A stretch of DNA of 64,000 nucleotides from Eubacteriales bacterium (GTDB lineage Bacteria; Bacillota; Clostridia; Oscillospirales; QAKW01), in assembly GCA_045541535.1 (NCBI GenBank), contig JAZQJG010000095.1, forward strand, positions 6,701-70,700. Direction: 5' to 3'. How positions within the stretch are numbered: the stretch's first letter is position 1; every line of letters begins with the position of its first letter. The notes beneath the pieces were generated by a model that was not told the origin of the DNA, did no database searches, and worked only from the letters and a program-made list of their open reading frames with translations. Shown one piece after another: positions 17,114-26,220 of the stretch. The position numbers and the translations under genes were made by a program.

Positions 17114-18841
17114 ATGAAAAAGTTTAGATCTTTGATTGTGCTGCTGATCGTTTTGTGTATTGCGATGAGCATGATGGTCGCCTGTCGTCCCGCTTCCGAG
17201 GACGATGACGATATCATTGCCAACAACAATCCTCAGACGAACGGCGAAAGTAATGATCCCGGCGCTTCTGAAGGTGACAACGGCACCGGCACCGGCGACA
17301 ATGGCACCGGCACCGGCGACAATGGTACCGGCACCGGCACCGGTAGCACCGGCTCCGGCAGTGGCTCCGGTAGCGGCAGTGGCTCCGGCTCCGGTAGCGG
17401 TAGCGGCTCCGGCAGTGGCTCCGGTAGCGGCAGTGGCTCCGGTAGTGGCAGTGGCTCCGGTGGCGGCAGTGGCTCCGGCGCTGTCAGCGACATCATCAGC
17501 AATCCTCTGATGAAGGAAGGCAAGAAGTACAATACCGGCGCTCCCGTATCTTTTGATATCGACAAGACCGGCTTCTGCAAGAAGGGTAGCCTTGCTGATC
17601 TGAAGGGCAAGACCTTGACCCTGTTTACCGGCGTTGACTACAGCATGTTCAGTTATTACAACGCTTCCAACAAGTATACCGGTGAGTGGGAGTGGTTTAA
17701 GGAACTGAAGAGAACCTACGGCGTTACCATCAAGTACATCCGTTGTTCTCCCGGTGGCTCCAACGTTGTAAAGCCCTTCCAGGCAATGTCTGCCGGTAAG
17801 GACTGCGACCTGATCACCACCCACGTTTCTTCCTTCCCCTACATCTGCAACGTTCTGGCTCCGCTGGATGATTATTGCAACTTCAGCAAGCTGGAGAATT
17901 CTCCCGGTCTGGATCCTCAGGCAACGCAGTTGACCCGTTGGAAGGGTAAGAACATCATCCTCGGCCCCTGTCTGGATAACGGTTGCTTTAACTACAATGC
18001 TACCTTTATTAAGAACGCAGGTCTGCCGGATCCCTATGATCTGTGGAAGAAGGGTGAATGGAACTGGACCAACTTTAAAAAGTATATGACCGGTCTGCCG
18101 GACACCAATGCTCAGGGCAAAACCGTTTTCGGTTGCTCCACCTGGAGCCAATGGTGGTATTGGTCCAACACCAACGGTATGCCTTGCTTCGCCATTGACG
18201 GTGAAGATCCCAACGGCGGTATCATCAACAACTGGGATAAGGCTGAAATCAAGGAAACTTACGTTTGGCTGGAAACCGTTATGGATGGCGGCGGCACCTA
18301 TTTTGACGGTGACGGCGGTCAGTTCTTCTGGAACACTCATAAGACTAACTATACCGTTATGAACTACGGCGCTTGTGGCTACGATATCGTAGGCATTCTG
18401 GAAGAGGAGAACAAGACCAACGATTACAGATGGTGTCCCTTCCCCAAGAATGAGAAGAACCCCAAGGCCATCAACCACGTAGAGGTTTACGGCCGTTGTA
18501 TCGGTATTCCCAGAAAGACCAACAAAGAGCAGAACAGAATCGCTGCCGTTAAATTCTGCGAGTTGTGGTGTAACCGTTACACCGAGGCCAGATTTGACTA
18601 TATGATCGCCCGTTCCAAGATGTCTTATGCCGAGGTTAAGGAATTCTATGATTTCGCTAAGACCAACGGTAGAATGGGTATGGGCTCCGGCGTTGGTAAG
18701 CTGGCGGGTCATGCCGGCGGCTCTACGGACTTTAACGCATCTATTCTGGATGCCGGTAAGTCTGTTGCTACCAGCATTGCCAAACTTTCTAACTTTGCCA
18801 AGCAAGAAATTGCCAACGTACAGAAGTTCGGTATTCAGTAA
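17114..18841 (+). CDS. Lipoprotein, solute-binding-protein-like (copy 2, Gly-Ser linker)
   Basis: Paralogue of copy 1 with the same lipobox and a (GS)n linker. Confidence 0.8.
   Translation: MKKFRSLIVLLIVLCIAMSMMVACRPASEDDDDIIANNNPQTNGESNDPGASEGDNGTGTGDNGTGTGDNGTGTGTGSTGSGSGSGSGSGSGSGSGSGSGSGSGSGSGSGSGSGSGGGSGSGAVSDIISNPLMKEGKKYNTGAPVSFDIDKTGFCKKGSLADLKGKTLTLFTGVDYSMFSYYNASNKYTGEWEWFKELKRTYGVTIKYIRCSPGGSNVVKPFQAMSAGKDCDLITTHVSSFPYICNVLAPLDDYCNFSKLENSPGLDPQATQLTRWKGKNIILGPCLDNGCFNYNATFIKNAGLPDPYDLWKKGEWNWTNFKKYMTGLPDTNAQGKTVFGCSTWSQWWYWSNTNGMPCFAIDGEDPNGGIINNWDKAEIKETYVWLETVMDGGGTYFDGDGGQFFWNTHKTNYTVMNYGACGYDIVGILEEENKTNDYRWCPFPKNEKNPKAINHVEVYGRCIGIPRKTNKEQNRIAAVKFCELWCNRYTEARFDYMIARSKMSYAEVKEFYDFAKTNGRMGMGSGVGKLAGHAGGSTDFNASILDAGKSVATSIAKLSNFAKQEIANVQKFGIQ
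17274..17479 (+). repeat. Coding tandem repeats (GDNGTGT)x3 and (GS)n
   Basis: GGCACC/GGCTCC/GGTAGC/GGCAGT hexamer array. Confidence 0.9.
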
Positions 18842-18852
18842 AATACATTTTG

Positions 18853-18880
18853 AAAGAGGCGCCTGCGGGCGCCTCTTTTT
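18853..18880 (+). terminator. Terminator
   Basis: AAAGAGGCGCC-tgcg-GGCGCCTCTTTTT. Confidence 0.9.
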
Positions 18881-18995
18881 CTTGTATAGAATGCCCAATA
18901 GCGGCCATTCTTTTTTGTCAAAAATGCCAACTGTTTAACGGTTGAAAAGTGTGCTATAATGAATCTGTAAATTCAAATGAGAAAGGAGTTTTACA

Positions 18996-20738
18996 ATGAG
19001 AAAATGTAAAGCTTTGATCGTACTGCTGATCATTTTGTGCATTGCGATGAGCATGATGGTAGCCTGTCGTCCCGCTGACGATGATGAAGGTGATATCATC
19101 AGCAATACCAATGGTGCAGTTGACAACGGTAATAATAATCCCGGCGCTTCTGAAGGTGACAACGGCACCGGCACCGGCGACAATGGCGCCGGCACCGGCG
19201 ACAATGGTACCGGCACCGGCACCGGTAGCGCCGGTAACGACTCCGGCACCGGCTCCGGTAGCGGCAGTGGCACCGGCTCCGGTAGCGGAAGCGGCTCCGG
19301 CAGTGGCTCCGGTAGCGGCAGTGGCTCCGGTAGTGGCAGTGGCTCCGGTGGCGGCAGTGGCTCCGGCGCTGTCAGCGACATCACCAGCAACCCTTTGATG
19401 AAGGAAGGCAAAAAGTATAACAACGGTGCGGCTTGCTCCTTTGACGTTGACAAGACCGGCTTTTGTAAAAAGGGTACCCTTGCCGATCTGAAGGGCAAGA
19501 CCATGACCCTGTACACTGCCGTTGATTACGGTCAGTTCAATTATTACAACGCATCTAACAAATACATCACCGAATGGGATTGGTTTAAGGAACTGAAAAG
19601 ACTGTACGGTCTTACCGTCAAATACGTGCGTTGCACACCCGGTGGTTCCAACGTTGTAAAGCCCTTCCAGGCAATGTCTGCCGGTAAGGACTGCGACCTG
19701 ATCTCCACCCACGTTTCTTCCTTCCCCTATATTTGTAACATTCTGGCCCCTCTGGATGATTATTGCAACTTTGACAAATTGCAAAATTCTCCCGGTCTGG
19801 ATCCTCAGGTAACTGAGTTGACCCGTTGGAAGGGCAAGAACATTGTTCTGGGTCCCAACCTGGTTAGCGGCGCCTGGAATTACAACTCCACCTTCGTTAA
19901 AAATGCGGGTCTTGACGATCCCTACGAATTGTGGAAGGCCGGTCAATGGAACTGGACCAACTATAAGAAATATATGGTCGGTTTGCCGGATACCACGGCA
20001 CAGGGTAAAGTCGTATATGGTTCCAACAGCTTGTCTCAGTACTGGTACTGGGCCAACACCAATGGCAAACCTTGCTTTTCGATCAATGGTGACGATCCCA
20101 ACGGCGGTATCATCAACAACTTCGACTCTGCCGAGGTCAAAGAGACCTACGTATGGTTGGAGGGCGTTATGGATGCCGGCGGCAACTATCTGAACACCAG
20201 CGTGGAAGGCTCCTTCTGGAACACCCACAAGACTACCTACGTTGTAATGAATTTCGGTAAGGTTGGCGTTGACGTAGTTGGTATTCAGGAAGAGGAGAAC
20301 AAGTCCAACGTTTACAAATGGTGTCCCTTCCCCAAGAATGAGAAAAACGCCAAGGCCATCAATCACGTAGAGGTTTACGGTTACGGTATCGGCATTCCCA
20401 GAAAGACCAATAAGGAACAAAACAGAATCGCCGCCGTCAAGTTCTGCGAGCTGTGGTGCAACCGCTATACCGAATCCAGATTTGACTATTTGACCGCACG
20501 TTCCAAGTGGACCTACGATCAGGTGGTTGAGTATTATGAATTTGGTAAGTCCAACGGCCGTATGGGTATGGGCTCCGGTGTTGGTAAGCTGGCCTCTCTG
20601 GCCGGTAACGGCGCCACCGCCACCAAGTTCAATCAGTCCATCACCGATGCCGGTTTGTCGGTATCCACTTGTATGGCAAAGCTTTCCAACTTCGCCAAAC
20701 AAGAGGTTGCCAACGTTCTGAAATTCGGTATTCAGTAA
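18996..20738 (+). CDS. Lipoprotein, solute-binding-protein-like (copy 3, Gly-Ser linker)
   Basis: Paralogue of copies 1 and 2. Confidence 0.8.
   Translation: MRKCKALIVLLIILCIAMSMMVACRPADDDEGDIISNTNGAVDNGNNNPGASEGDNGTGTGDNGAGTGDNGTGTGTGSAGNDSGTGSGSGSGTGSGSGSGSGSGSGSGSGSGSGSGSGGGSGSGAVSDITSNPLMKEGKKYNNGAACSFDVDKTGFCKKGTLADLKGKTMTLYTAVDYGQFNYYNASNKYITEWDWFKELKRLYGLTVKYVRCTPGGSNVVKPFQAMSAGKDCDLISTHVSSFPYICNILAPLDDYCNFDKLQNSPGLDPQVTELTRWKGKNIVLGPNLVSGAWNYNSTFVKNAGLDDPYELWKAGQWNWTNYKKYMVGLPDTTAQGKVVYGSNSLSQYWYWANTNGKPCFSINGDDPNGGIINNFDSAEVKETYVWLEGVMDAGGNYLNTSVEGSFWNTHKTTYVVMNFGKVGVDVVGIQEEENKSNVYKWCPFPKNEKNAKAINHVEVYGYGIGIPRKTNKEQNRIAAVKFCELWCNRYTESRFDYLTARSKWTYDQVVEYYEFGKSNGRMGMGSGVGKLASLAGNGATATKFNQSITDAGLSVSTCMAKLSNFAKQEVANVLKFGIQ
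19155..19367 (+). repeat. Coding tandem repeats (GDNG[TA]GT)x3 and (GS)n
   Basis: Near-identical to the copy 2 array. Confidence 0.9.
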
Positions 20739-20750
20739 AATTTGTTATTC

Positions 20751-20782
20751 AATAAGGAGTCGCTTTGGCGACTCCTTATTTT
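20751..20782 (+). terminator. Terminator
   Basis: AATAAGGAGTCGC-tttg-GCGACTCCTTATTTT. Confidence 0.9.
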
Positions 20783-20886
20783 CTTTATACAAAAATAAAT
20801 TCAAAAATTTGTTAGGTTTGACAACTTCATTTTTCGGGAGGGGGTATGGTATAATAGAATTATAAGAATAAAAGGAGGGGATCGGT

Positions 20887-22896
20887 ATGAGATCTACTGT
20901 AAGACGTGTGTTGTGTTTTCTTATGGCGCTTGGGTTGCTTTTGGGTGTTTTTGTAACTTCCGTGGCCGCCGGTACGTTGCCCTTTGCCGATGTCAACCGT
21001 GGACGTTGGTCTTACGATTCCATTCAAACGTTGTATATAAACGGGATCGTCAGTGGTAAAAGTACCACCACGTTTGCGCCTACCGATCCGGTGACCCGCG
21101 CCGAGTTTGTAAAAATGCTCAGCGCCATCGCGCAAATTAATGAAAATGATTACGAGGGGCTTTCTTTTGCTGACTTGAAGCCGATGGCTTGGTACGTCCC
21201 GGCGGTGAATTGGGCTGCCGAAGTGGGGATTACCTCCGGTGTTTCGGCCAAACGTTTCGCCCCCAACGCGCAAATCACCCGTCAGGATATGGCGGTCATG
21301 ATTTGTCGCTTTGCGGAAAAAACGGGTGTGTCGATGCCCATTGTGAAAGATAAGCTCAACTTTATGGATCAATGGAAAATCGCCTCTTACGCCGTTTCGT
21401 CGGTTACGAAGATGCAACGGGCCAACGTGATCTCCGGTATCAAAGGGAAGGGCGGTTATTATTTTGAACCCACTGCTTCCGCCACCAGGGAACAGGCCGC
21501 TCAAATGCTTTGCATTCTCTTTGAATTGGCGCAGGAACGTGGGGATCTGGATTCCTTGCTTTCCTTTGCCAAGCCCTATAACCGTTCTGCAAAGGTCGGC
21601 CTTGATCCGGACAAAACCGGATTTGTAATAAACGGTACCACGGCAGATTTAAAGGGCAAAACTCTGACGTTGTTCACCGCCGTTGACTACAGTATGTTCG
21701 GTTATTACAATGCTTCTAACAAATACGTTACGGAATGGGGTTGGTTTAAGGAAGTTAAAAGCGCATACGGTGTTACCATCAAATACGTGCGTTGTTCTCC
21801 CGGCGGCAATAATGTTATCAAACCCTATCAGGCCATGGCGGCGGGGAAGGAGATTGATCTGGTGACCACTGATCTTTCTTCTTTCCCCTATATCAACAAC
21901 ATTTTGGCGCCCTTGGAGGAGTATTACGATTTTGCTCGTTTGAAGCAAACTCCCGGCCTGGATCCTCAACTGACCAACCTCACCCGTTGGAAAAAACACA
22001 GAATTGTGATTGCTCCCGCCTTAACCGGCGGCGGATTTAACTATAATGCTTCCTTTATAAAAGAAGCCGGTTTGCCGGATCCTTACGAACAATGGAAAAA
22101 CGACAAGTGGAATTGGACGACTTTTAAAAAATATATGTGCGACTTGCCCGACAAAACTATCGAGGGAAAAACCGTTTACGGGTGCGGTACCTGGAGTCAG
22201 TTCTGGCTATGGGCAAACACCAACGGTAAGCCCTGCTTTGAGATTGACGGCGACTCCCTTACCGAAGGCATCATCAACAATTTCGACTCCGCGGAAGCAA
22301 GGGAAACATTCGTTTGGTTGGAGAGCGTGTGCGATGCCGGCGGCAAGTATTGGAATGGCGGCGGCGGAGATTTGTTCTATAACCGTGATGCCACGCAATA
22401 CCTGGTCATGAATTATGGCGCTGCCGGTGTGGACCGCCGTGCGCTATCTGAGGAAAATGCCGCCAACGACTACCGTTGGGTACCGTTCCCCAAAAATGAA
22501 AAGAACAGCAAAGCGGTCAACAGTGTTTCGATTTCCGGCCGTGGCATTGCCCTGCCGAAGAAAACGGCTGACCGCGACAATCGTAAGGCGGCGGCCGTTT
22601 TTGCTCAACTGTGGTGTATGCGCTTTGCCGAGGCCCGTTATGACCAACTGATACAAGATTGTGGGTGGACCTACCGACAGGTAAAAGAATATTACGATCT
22701 ATCCAAAACCAACGGTCGCCTGGGACTGGGAAGCGGTTTGGGACAATTGGCTGTGGCCGCCGGCAGCGGCCCTGAAAAAACGGATTTCAACGAATCAATC
22801 ACCGCAGGCGGAATCTCCACTGCCACCTGTATGAACAAACTTTCCAAGCGAGTGCCCGTGGAAATCAAACGAGTCCACAATTTGGTTTTAGTATAA
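20887..22896 (+). CDS. SLH-anchored paralogue of the solute-binding-like lipoproteins (copy 4)
   Basis: Sec signal, three SLH repeats (FADV...TRAEF, FADL...TRQDM, FMD...TREQA), then the same domain starting DKTGF...LKGKTLTLFT. Confidence 0.85.
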   Translation: MRSTVRRVLCFLMALGLLLGVFVTSVAAGTLPFADVNRGRWSYDSIQTLYINGIVSGKSTTTFAPTDPVTRAEFVKMLSAIAQINENDYEGLSFADLKPMAWYVPAVNWAAEVGITSGVSAKRFAPNAQITRQDMAVMICRFAEKTGVSMPIVKDKLNFMDQWKIASYAVSSVTKMQRANVISGIKGKGGYYFEPTASATREQAAQMLCILFELAQERGDLDSLLSFAKPYNRSAKVGLDPDKTGFVINGTTADLKGKTLTLFTAVDYSMFGYYNASNKYVTEWGWFKEVKSAYGVTIKYVRCSPGGNNVIKPYQAMAAGKEIDLVTTDLSSFPYINNILAPLEEYYDFARLKQTPGLDPQLTNLTRWKKHRIVIAPALTGGGFNYNASFIKEAGLPDPYEQWKNDKWNWTTFKKYMCDLPDKTIEGKTVYGCGTWSQFWLWANTNGKPCFEIDGDSLTEGIINNFDSAEARETFVWLESVCDAGGKYWNGGGGDLFYNRDATQYLVMNYGAAGVDRRALSEENAANDYRWVPFPKNEKNSKAVNSVSISGRGIALPKKTADRDNRKAAAVFAQLWCMRFAEARYDQLIQDCGWTYRQVKEYYDLSKTNGRLGLGSGLGQLAVAAGSGPEKTDFNESITAGGISTATCMNKLSKRVPVEIKRVHNLVLV

Positions 22897-22900
22897 TATG

Positions 22901-22931
22901 AAAAAGCCGAGGCGATTGCCTCGGCTTTTTT
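22901..22931 (+). terminator. Terminator
   Basis: AAAAGCCGAGGC-gatt-GCCTCGGCTTTTTT. Confidence 0.9.
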
Positions 22932-22960
22932 GCACCACTTTGCCCTCGTTACATATAATA
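22932..22960 (+). promoter_or_regulatory. Putative sigma-K promoter of dpaAB
   Basis: GCACC-15 bp-CATATAATA fits the sigma-K consensus. spoVF is sigma-K dependent in B. subtilis. Confidence 0.55.
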
Positions 22961-22988
22961 AACTGTAAATGATTTCGGAGGTGTTTGG

Positions 22989-23795
22989 ATGCAGGTGGGA
23001 CTGGTTGCCGCCGATGCAAGACAAAAGGCGGTGGGGGAGGCCTTTGCCCGTAAAGGGCTGGAGGTCCGATGGCTGACGTTGCAGGACGCTTTGCCGGAGC
23101 TGGTGGTGTTACCTATGCCTGTCAGTGAGGATGGTGTACATCTGTACGGCGGTGGCGATCTGCTGGAAGATTGGCTGATCCGTCTGCGAGGCAAAACAAT
23201 ATACGGCGGCAGAGTGACCCCTGTCATTCATCGGCAGGCCGCCGCCTTTGACGTGGAGATTCGGGATCACTTTGAGCGGGAGGAAGAAGTGATTCTGAAT
23301 GTGATTCCCACAGTGGAGGGGGCGTTGGAATTGGCGATGAGGAACACCGCCTTTACCCTGCACGGCTGTCGTGCGTTGGTGTGTGGCTTTGGCCGCATTG
23401 GTAAGCTGTTGGCCCATCATCTGCAGGCTTTGGGGGTCAGGGTGTGCGTCGCCGCTCGTAAGGAAAAAGATTTTGCCTGGTGCAAAGCGCTGGGTTATGA
23501 GTATTGTCACAGCGGGGCGTTGGGAGAGGTGTTAGAGGCGCAACAACTGATTTTTAACACCGTGCCCCATTTGCTCTTTGACGGGCCGACGCTGGAACAC
23601 ATTGACGACGAGGCCCTGCTCATTGATCTGGCAAGCAAGCCGGGCGGCGTGGATTATCCCTATGCCGCCGCCTGCGGCAAGCGAGTGTTGCAGGCGTTGG
23701 GATTGCCGGGAAAGGTGGCGCCCCGCACCGCCGGAGAGATCATTTGCGAAACCATACTCGGAATGTATAAGGAGGAAAACACCCTTGGCAGATAA
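22989..23795 (+). CDS. dpaA: Dipicolinate synthase subunit A
   Basis: N..PTVEGAL, GFGRIGK, FNTVP, IDLASKPGGVD and LGLPGKVAP.TAG. Confidence 0.92.
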   Translation: MQVGLVAADARQKAVGEAFARKGLEVRWLTLQDALPELVVLPMPVSEDGVHLYGGGDLLEDWLIRLRGKTIYGGRVTPVIHRQAAAFDVEIRDHFEREEEVILNVIPTVEGALELAMRNTAFTLHGCRALVCGFGRIGKLLAHHLQALGVRVCVAARKEKDFAWCKALGYEYCHSGALGEVLEAQQLIFNTVPHLLFDGPTLEHIDDEALLIDLASKPGGVDYPYAAACGKRVLQALGLPGKVAPRTAGEIICETILGMYKEENTLGR

Positions 23796-24360
23796 GCTGC
23801 GGGTAGGCGTGGCCCTGTGCGGTTCCTTCTGCACCTTTTCCACGGTGTTGCCTCAAATCAGGGAAATGTGTAAACAGTTTGACGTGGTGCCCATTATGAG
23901 CGAAACAGCCTATCAAACGGATACTCGGTTTGGCGCAGCATCGGATTTTGTGCATGAACTGGAAGAAGTGTGCGGTAAAAAGGTATTGCACACGGTCACT
24001 CAAACAGAGCCTATCGGACCGAAAAAACTATTGGACGTACTGGTGGTGGCACCGGCTACGGGGAATACCTTGGCAAAACTTGCCACGGGAATTGCCGACA
24101 GTGCGGTGACACTGGCCGTAAAGGCCCACTTGCGCAACGAGCGGCCGGTGGTACTGGCGGTGTCCACCAACGATGCTCTGGGAACGGCCGCCAAAAACAT
24201 CGGGACGCTCCTTGGAGCCAAGCATATGTATTTCGTGCCCCTGCGGCAGGACGATCCCTTTGGCAAGCCGCGCTCGGTGGTGGCGGATATGAGCCGCATT
24301 GCCGACACGGTGCATCTGGCGGCCGACGGAAAACAAATTCAACCGATTATAACTGCATAA
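23785..24360 (+). CDS. dpaB: Dipicolinate synthase subunit B
   Basis: GSFCT, EPIGPKKLLD, APATGNTLAKLA, KAHLRNERP and QIQP. TTG start after AGGAGG. Confidence 0.93.
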   Translation: MADKLRVGVALCGSFCTFSTVLPQIREMCKQFDVVPIMSETAYQTDTRFGAASDFVHELEEVCGKKVLHTVTQTEPIGPKKLLDVLVVAPATGNTLAKLATGIADSAVTLAVKAHLRNERPVVLAVSTNDALGTAAKNIGTLLGAKHMYFVPLRQDDPFGKPRSVVADMSRIADTVHLAADGKQIQPIITA

Positions 24361-24395
24361 AAAAAGCGTTTGCTCCTATGAGCAAACGCTTTTTT
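24359..24395. terminator. Bidirectional terminator
   Basis: AAAAAAGCGTTTGCTC-ctat-GAGCAAACGCTTTTTT between convergent genes. Confidence 0.9.
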
Positions 24396-24397
24396 GC

Positions 24398-25216
24398 TTA
24401 TTCTTTTTCCAGCAGATCGGCCAGGGGCTCCATATAGTCACCCTCAAACAATTCGATCAAACCGCTGTCGGCCTGGGAGGCGATGTAGGGATCAATGGGC
24501 AGGGAGGCCAGCACCGGCAGATGATGTTCCTCTGCGATTTCGGCAATATGGCTCTCACCGAAAATTTTCACCTTTTCGCCGCAGTTTTTACACTGATAGT
24601 AGCTGTAGTTCTCCACGATGCCCACAATGGGAATATTCATCATTTCGGCCATACGGACCGCTTTATTTACGATGGTGGAGACCAACTGCTGGGGAGAAGT
24701 GACGATGATGATGCCGTCCACCGGTAGGCTCTGAAATACCGTCAGCGGTACGTCACCGGTGCCGGGAGGCATATCCACGAACATATAGTCGATATCCTTC
24801 CAGATGGTGTCGGTCCAGAATTGGCTGACAGCGCCGCTGATGACGGGACCGCGCCATACCACGGGATCATCCTCATTGGGCAGGAGCAAATTGATGCTCA
24901 TCATATCAATGCCCATTTTGCTGGTGGCGGGGATCAGCTTTTCATCAATGGCCTCGGCCTTGTCGTGAATGCCGAACATTTTGGGAATGGAGGGGCCGGT
25001 GATATCGGCATCCAGAATGGCGGTCTTGTGACCGTGACGATTCATGGTAACAGCCATCATGGCGGTGACGGTGCTCTTACCAACGCCGCCCTTGCCGCTG
25101 ACAACGGCATATACTTTTTTGACGCTACTGAGTTCATTTAAGGGTTTGAGCAGGCTTTCCGGCTGTTGAGAGGAACAAGCGGAGGAGCAACTGCTGCAAT
25201 CGTGTGTACATCCCAT
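24398..25216 (-). CDS. Mrp/NBP35 Fe-S cluster carrier ATPase
   Basis: SGKGGVGKST, DADITGPSIP, VVWRGP, DMPPGTGD and CKNC. Confidence 0.93.
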   Translation of the reverse strand: MGCTHDCSSCSSACSSQQPESLLKPLNELSSVKKVYAVVSGKGGVGKSTVTAMMAVTMNRHGHKTAILDADITGPSIPKMFGIHDKAEAIDEKLIPATSKMGIDMMSINLLLPNEDDPVVWRGPVISGAVSQFWTDTIWKDIDYMFVDMPPGTGDVPLTVFQSLPVDGIIIVTSPQQLVSTIVNKAVRMAEMMNIPIVGIVENYSYYQCKNCGEKVKIFGESHIAEIAEEHHLPVLASLPIDPYIASQADSGLIELFEGDYMEPLADLLEKE

Positions 25217-25351
25217 TTTGATTTCTCCTTCAGATAATTTGTTTTGCTATCCTATTGTACCCCTTTTTATCCGAAAAGTCAACGAATGGAACTTGATTTA
25301 TAGGGTGGATTGTGGTAAAATGCAAGAAAGAGTGAAAGAGAGGTCATCACA

Positions 25352-26164
25352 ATGGACAACCGTATTGAAGTTCTTAAAAAAGTAAAGTGTTTTATTCTGG
25401 ATATGGACGGCACCATCTATCTGGGTGGTAAGCTGATCCCCGGCGCCGACGAATTTATCCGCTGTTTGGAGCCCTTTGGTCTGGATCATTATTTCTATAC
25501 CAACAACTCCTCTAAAAACGTTCCCTTCTACGAGGAAAAACTGCGCAAGATGCAGGTACCCGGCGGGGACGGTAAGGTGATGATTTCCAATCACGTCATC
25601 CTGAATTATCTGAATAAAAATATGCCCGACGCCCGTGTCTTTTTGCTGGGCACTCCCTATCTGCGGGAGGATTTTGAAAAAGCGGGGGTAAATCTGGTGG
25701 AGGAGGATCCCACGCTGGTAGTGGTGGGCTTTGATACCACCTTGGCCTACGACCGTCTGGCCCAGGCCTGCACCTATATCCGTAACGGCGTTCCGGTATT
25801 CGGGGTCAATCCCGACCTCAATTGTCCCACCGAGGACGGCTTTATTCCCGATTGCGGCTCCATCTTTGCCCTGATTACCTGTTCCACCGGTGTGGAGCCC
25901 AAGGAATACTTTGGTAAGCCCTCCCGCCGTACGCTGGAATACGTGCTGGACAAAACGGGTTATAAAGAAGAAGAGGTCGCCTTCGTCGGCGACCGTCTGT
26001 ACACCGATATGGCCGTCACCCAGGGTACCAAGGCTCAAAGCCTGCTGGTTCTCAGCGGCGAGAGCACGGTGGAGGACATTGAAAAGTATAACATTCACCC
26101 CACCGCCATCTTTTCCTCCGTGGACGAGATCAGAGCTATGCTTTGCGAGATCTACGGTAAATAA
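25352..26164 (+). CDS. HAD-IIA family hydrolase (NagD-like)
   Basis: DMDGT, TNNSS, NPD, GKP and VGDRLYTD. Confidence 0.92.
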   Translation: MDNRIEVLKKVKCFILDMDGTIYLGGKLIPGADEFIRCLEPFGLDHYFYTNNSSKNVPFYEEKLRKMQVPGGDGKVMISNHVILNYLNKNMPDARVFLLGTPYLREDFEKAGVNLVEEDPTLVVVGFDTTLAYDRLAQACTYIRNGVPVFGVNPDLNCPTEDGFIPDCGSIFALITCSTGVEPKEYFGKPSRRTLEYVLDKTGYKEEEVAFVGDRLYTDMAVTQGTKAQSLLVLSGESTVEDIEKYNIHPTAIFSSVDEIRAMLCEIYGK

Positions 26165-26171
26165 ATCTTAT

Positions 26172-26220
26172 AAAACAAAATGCCAAGATGCAAACATAGC
26201 ATCTTGGCATTTTTGTTTAT
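26172..26220. terminator. Bidirectional terminator
   Basis: AAAATGCCAAGATGC-loop-GCATCTTGGCATTTT. Confidence 0.85.

Noticed and set aside
15297-20702. Long antisense ORFs opposite the lipoproteins (similarly 1093-2835, 28482-29870, 36215-37630, 49189-52191, 57396-59798)
   Set aside because: Shadow ORFs caused by codon bias of the sense genes. They show no motifs or RBS.
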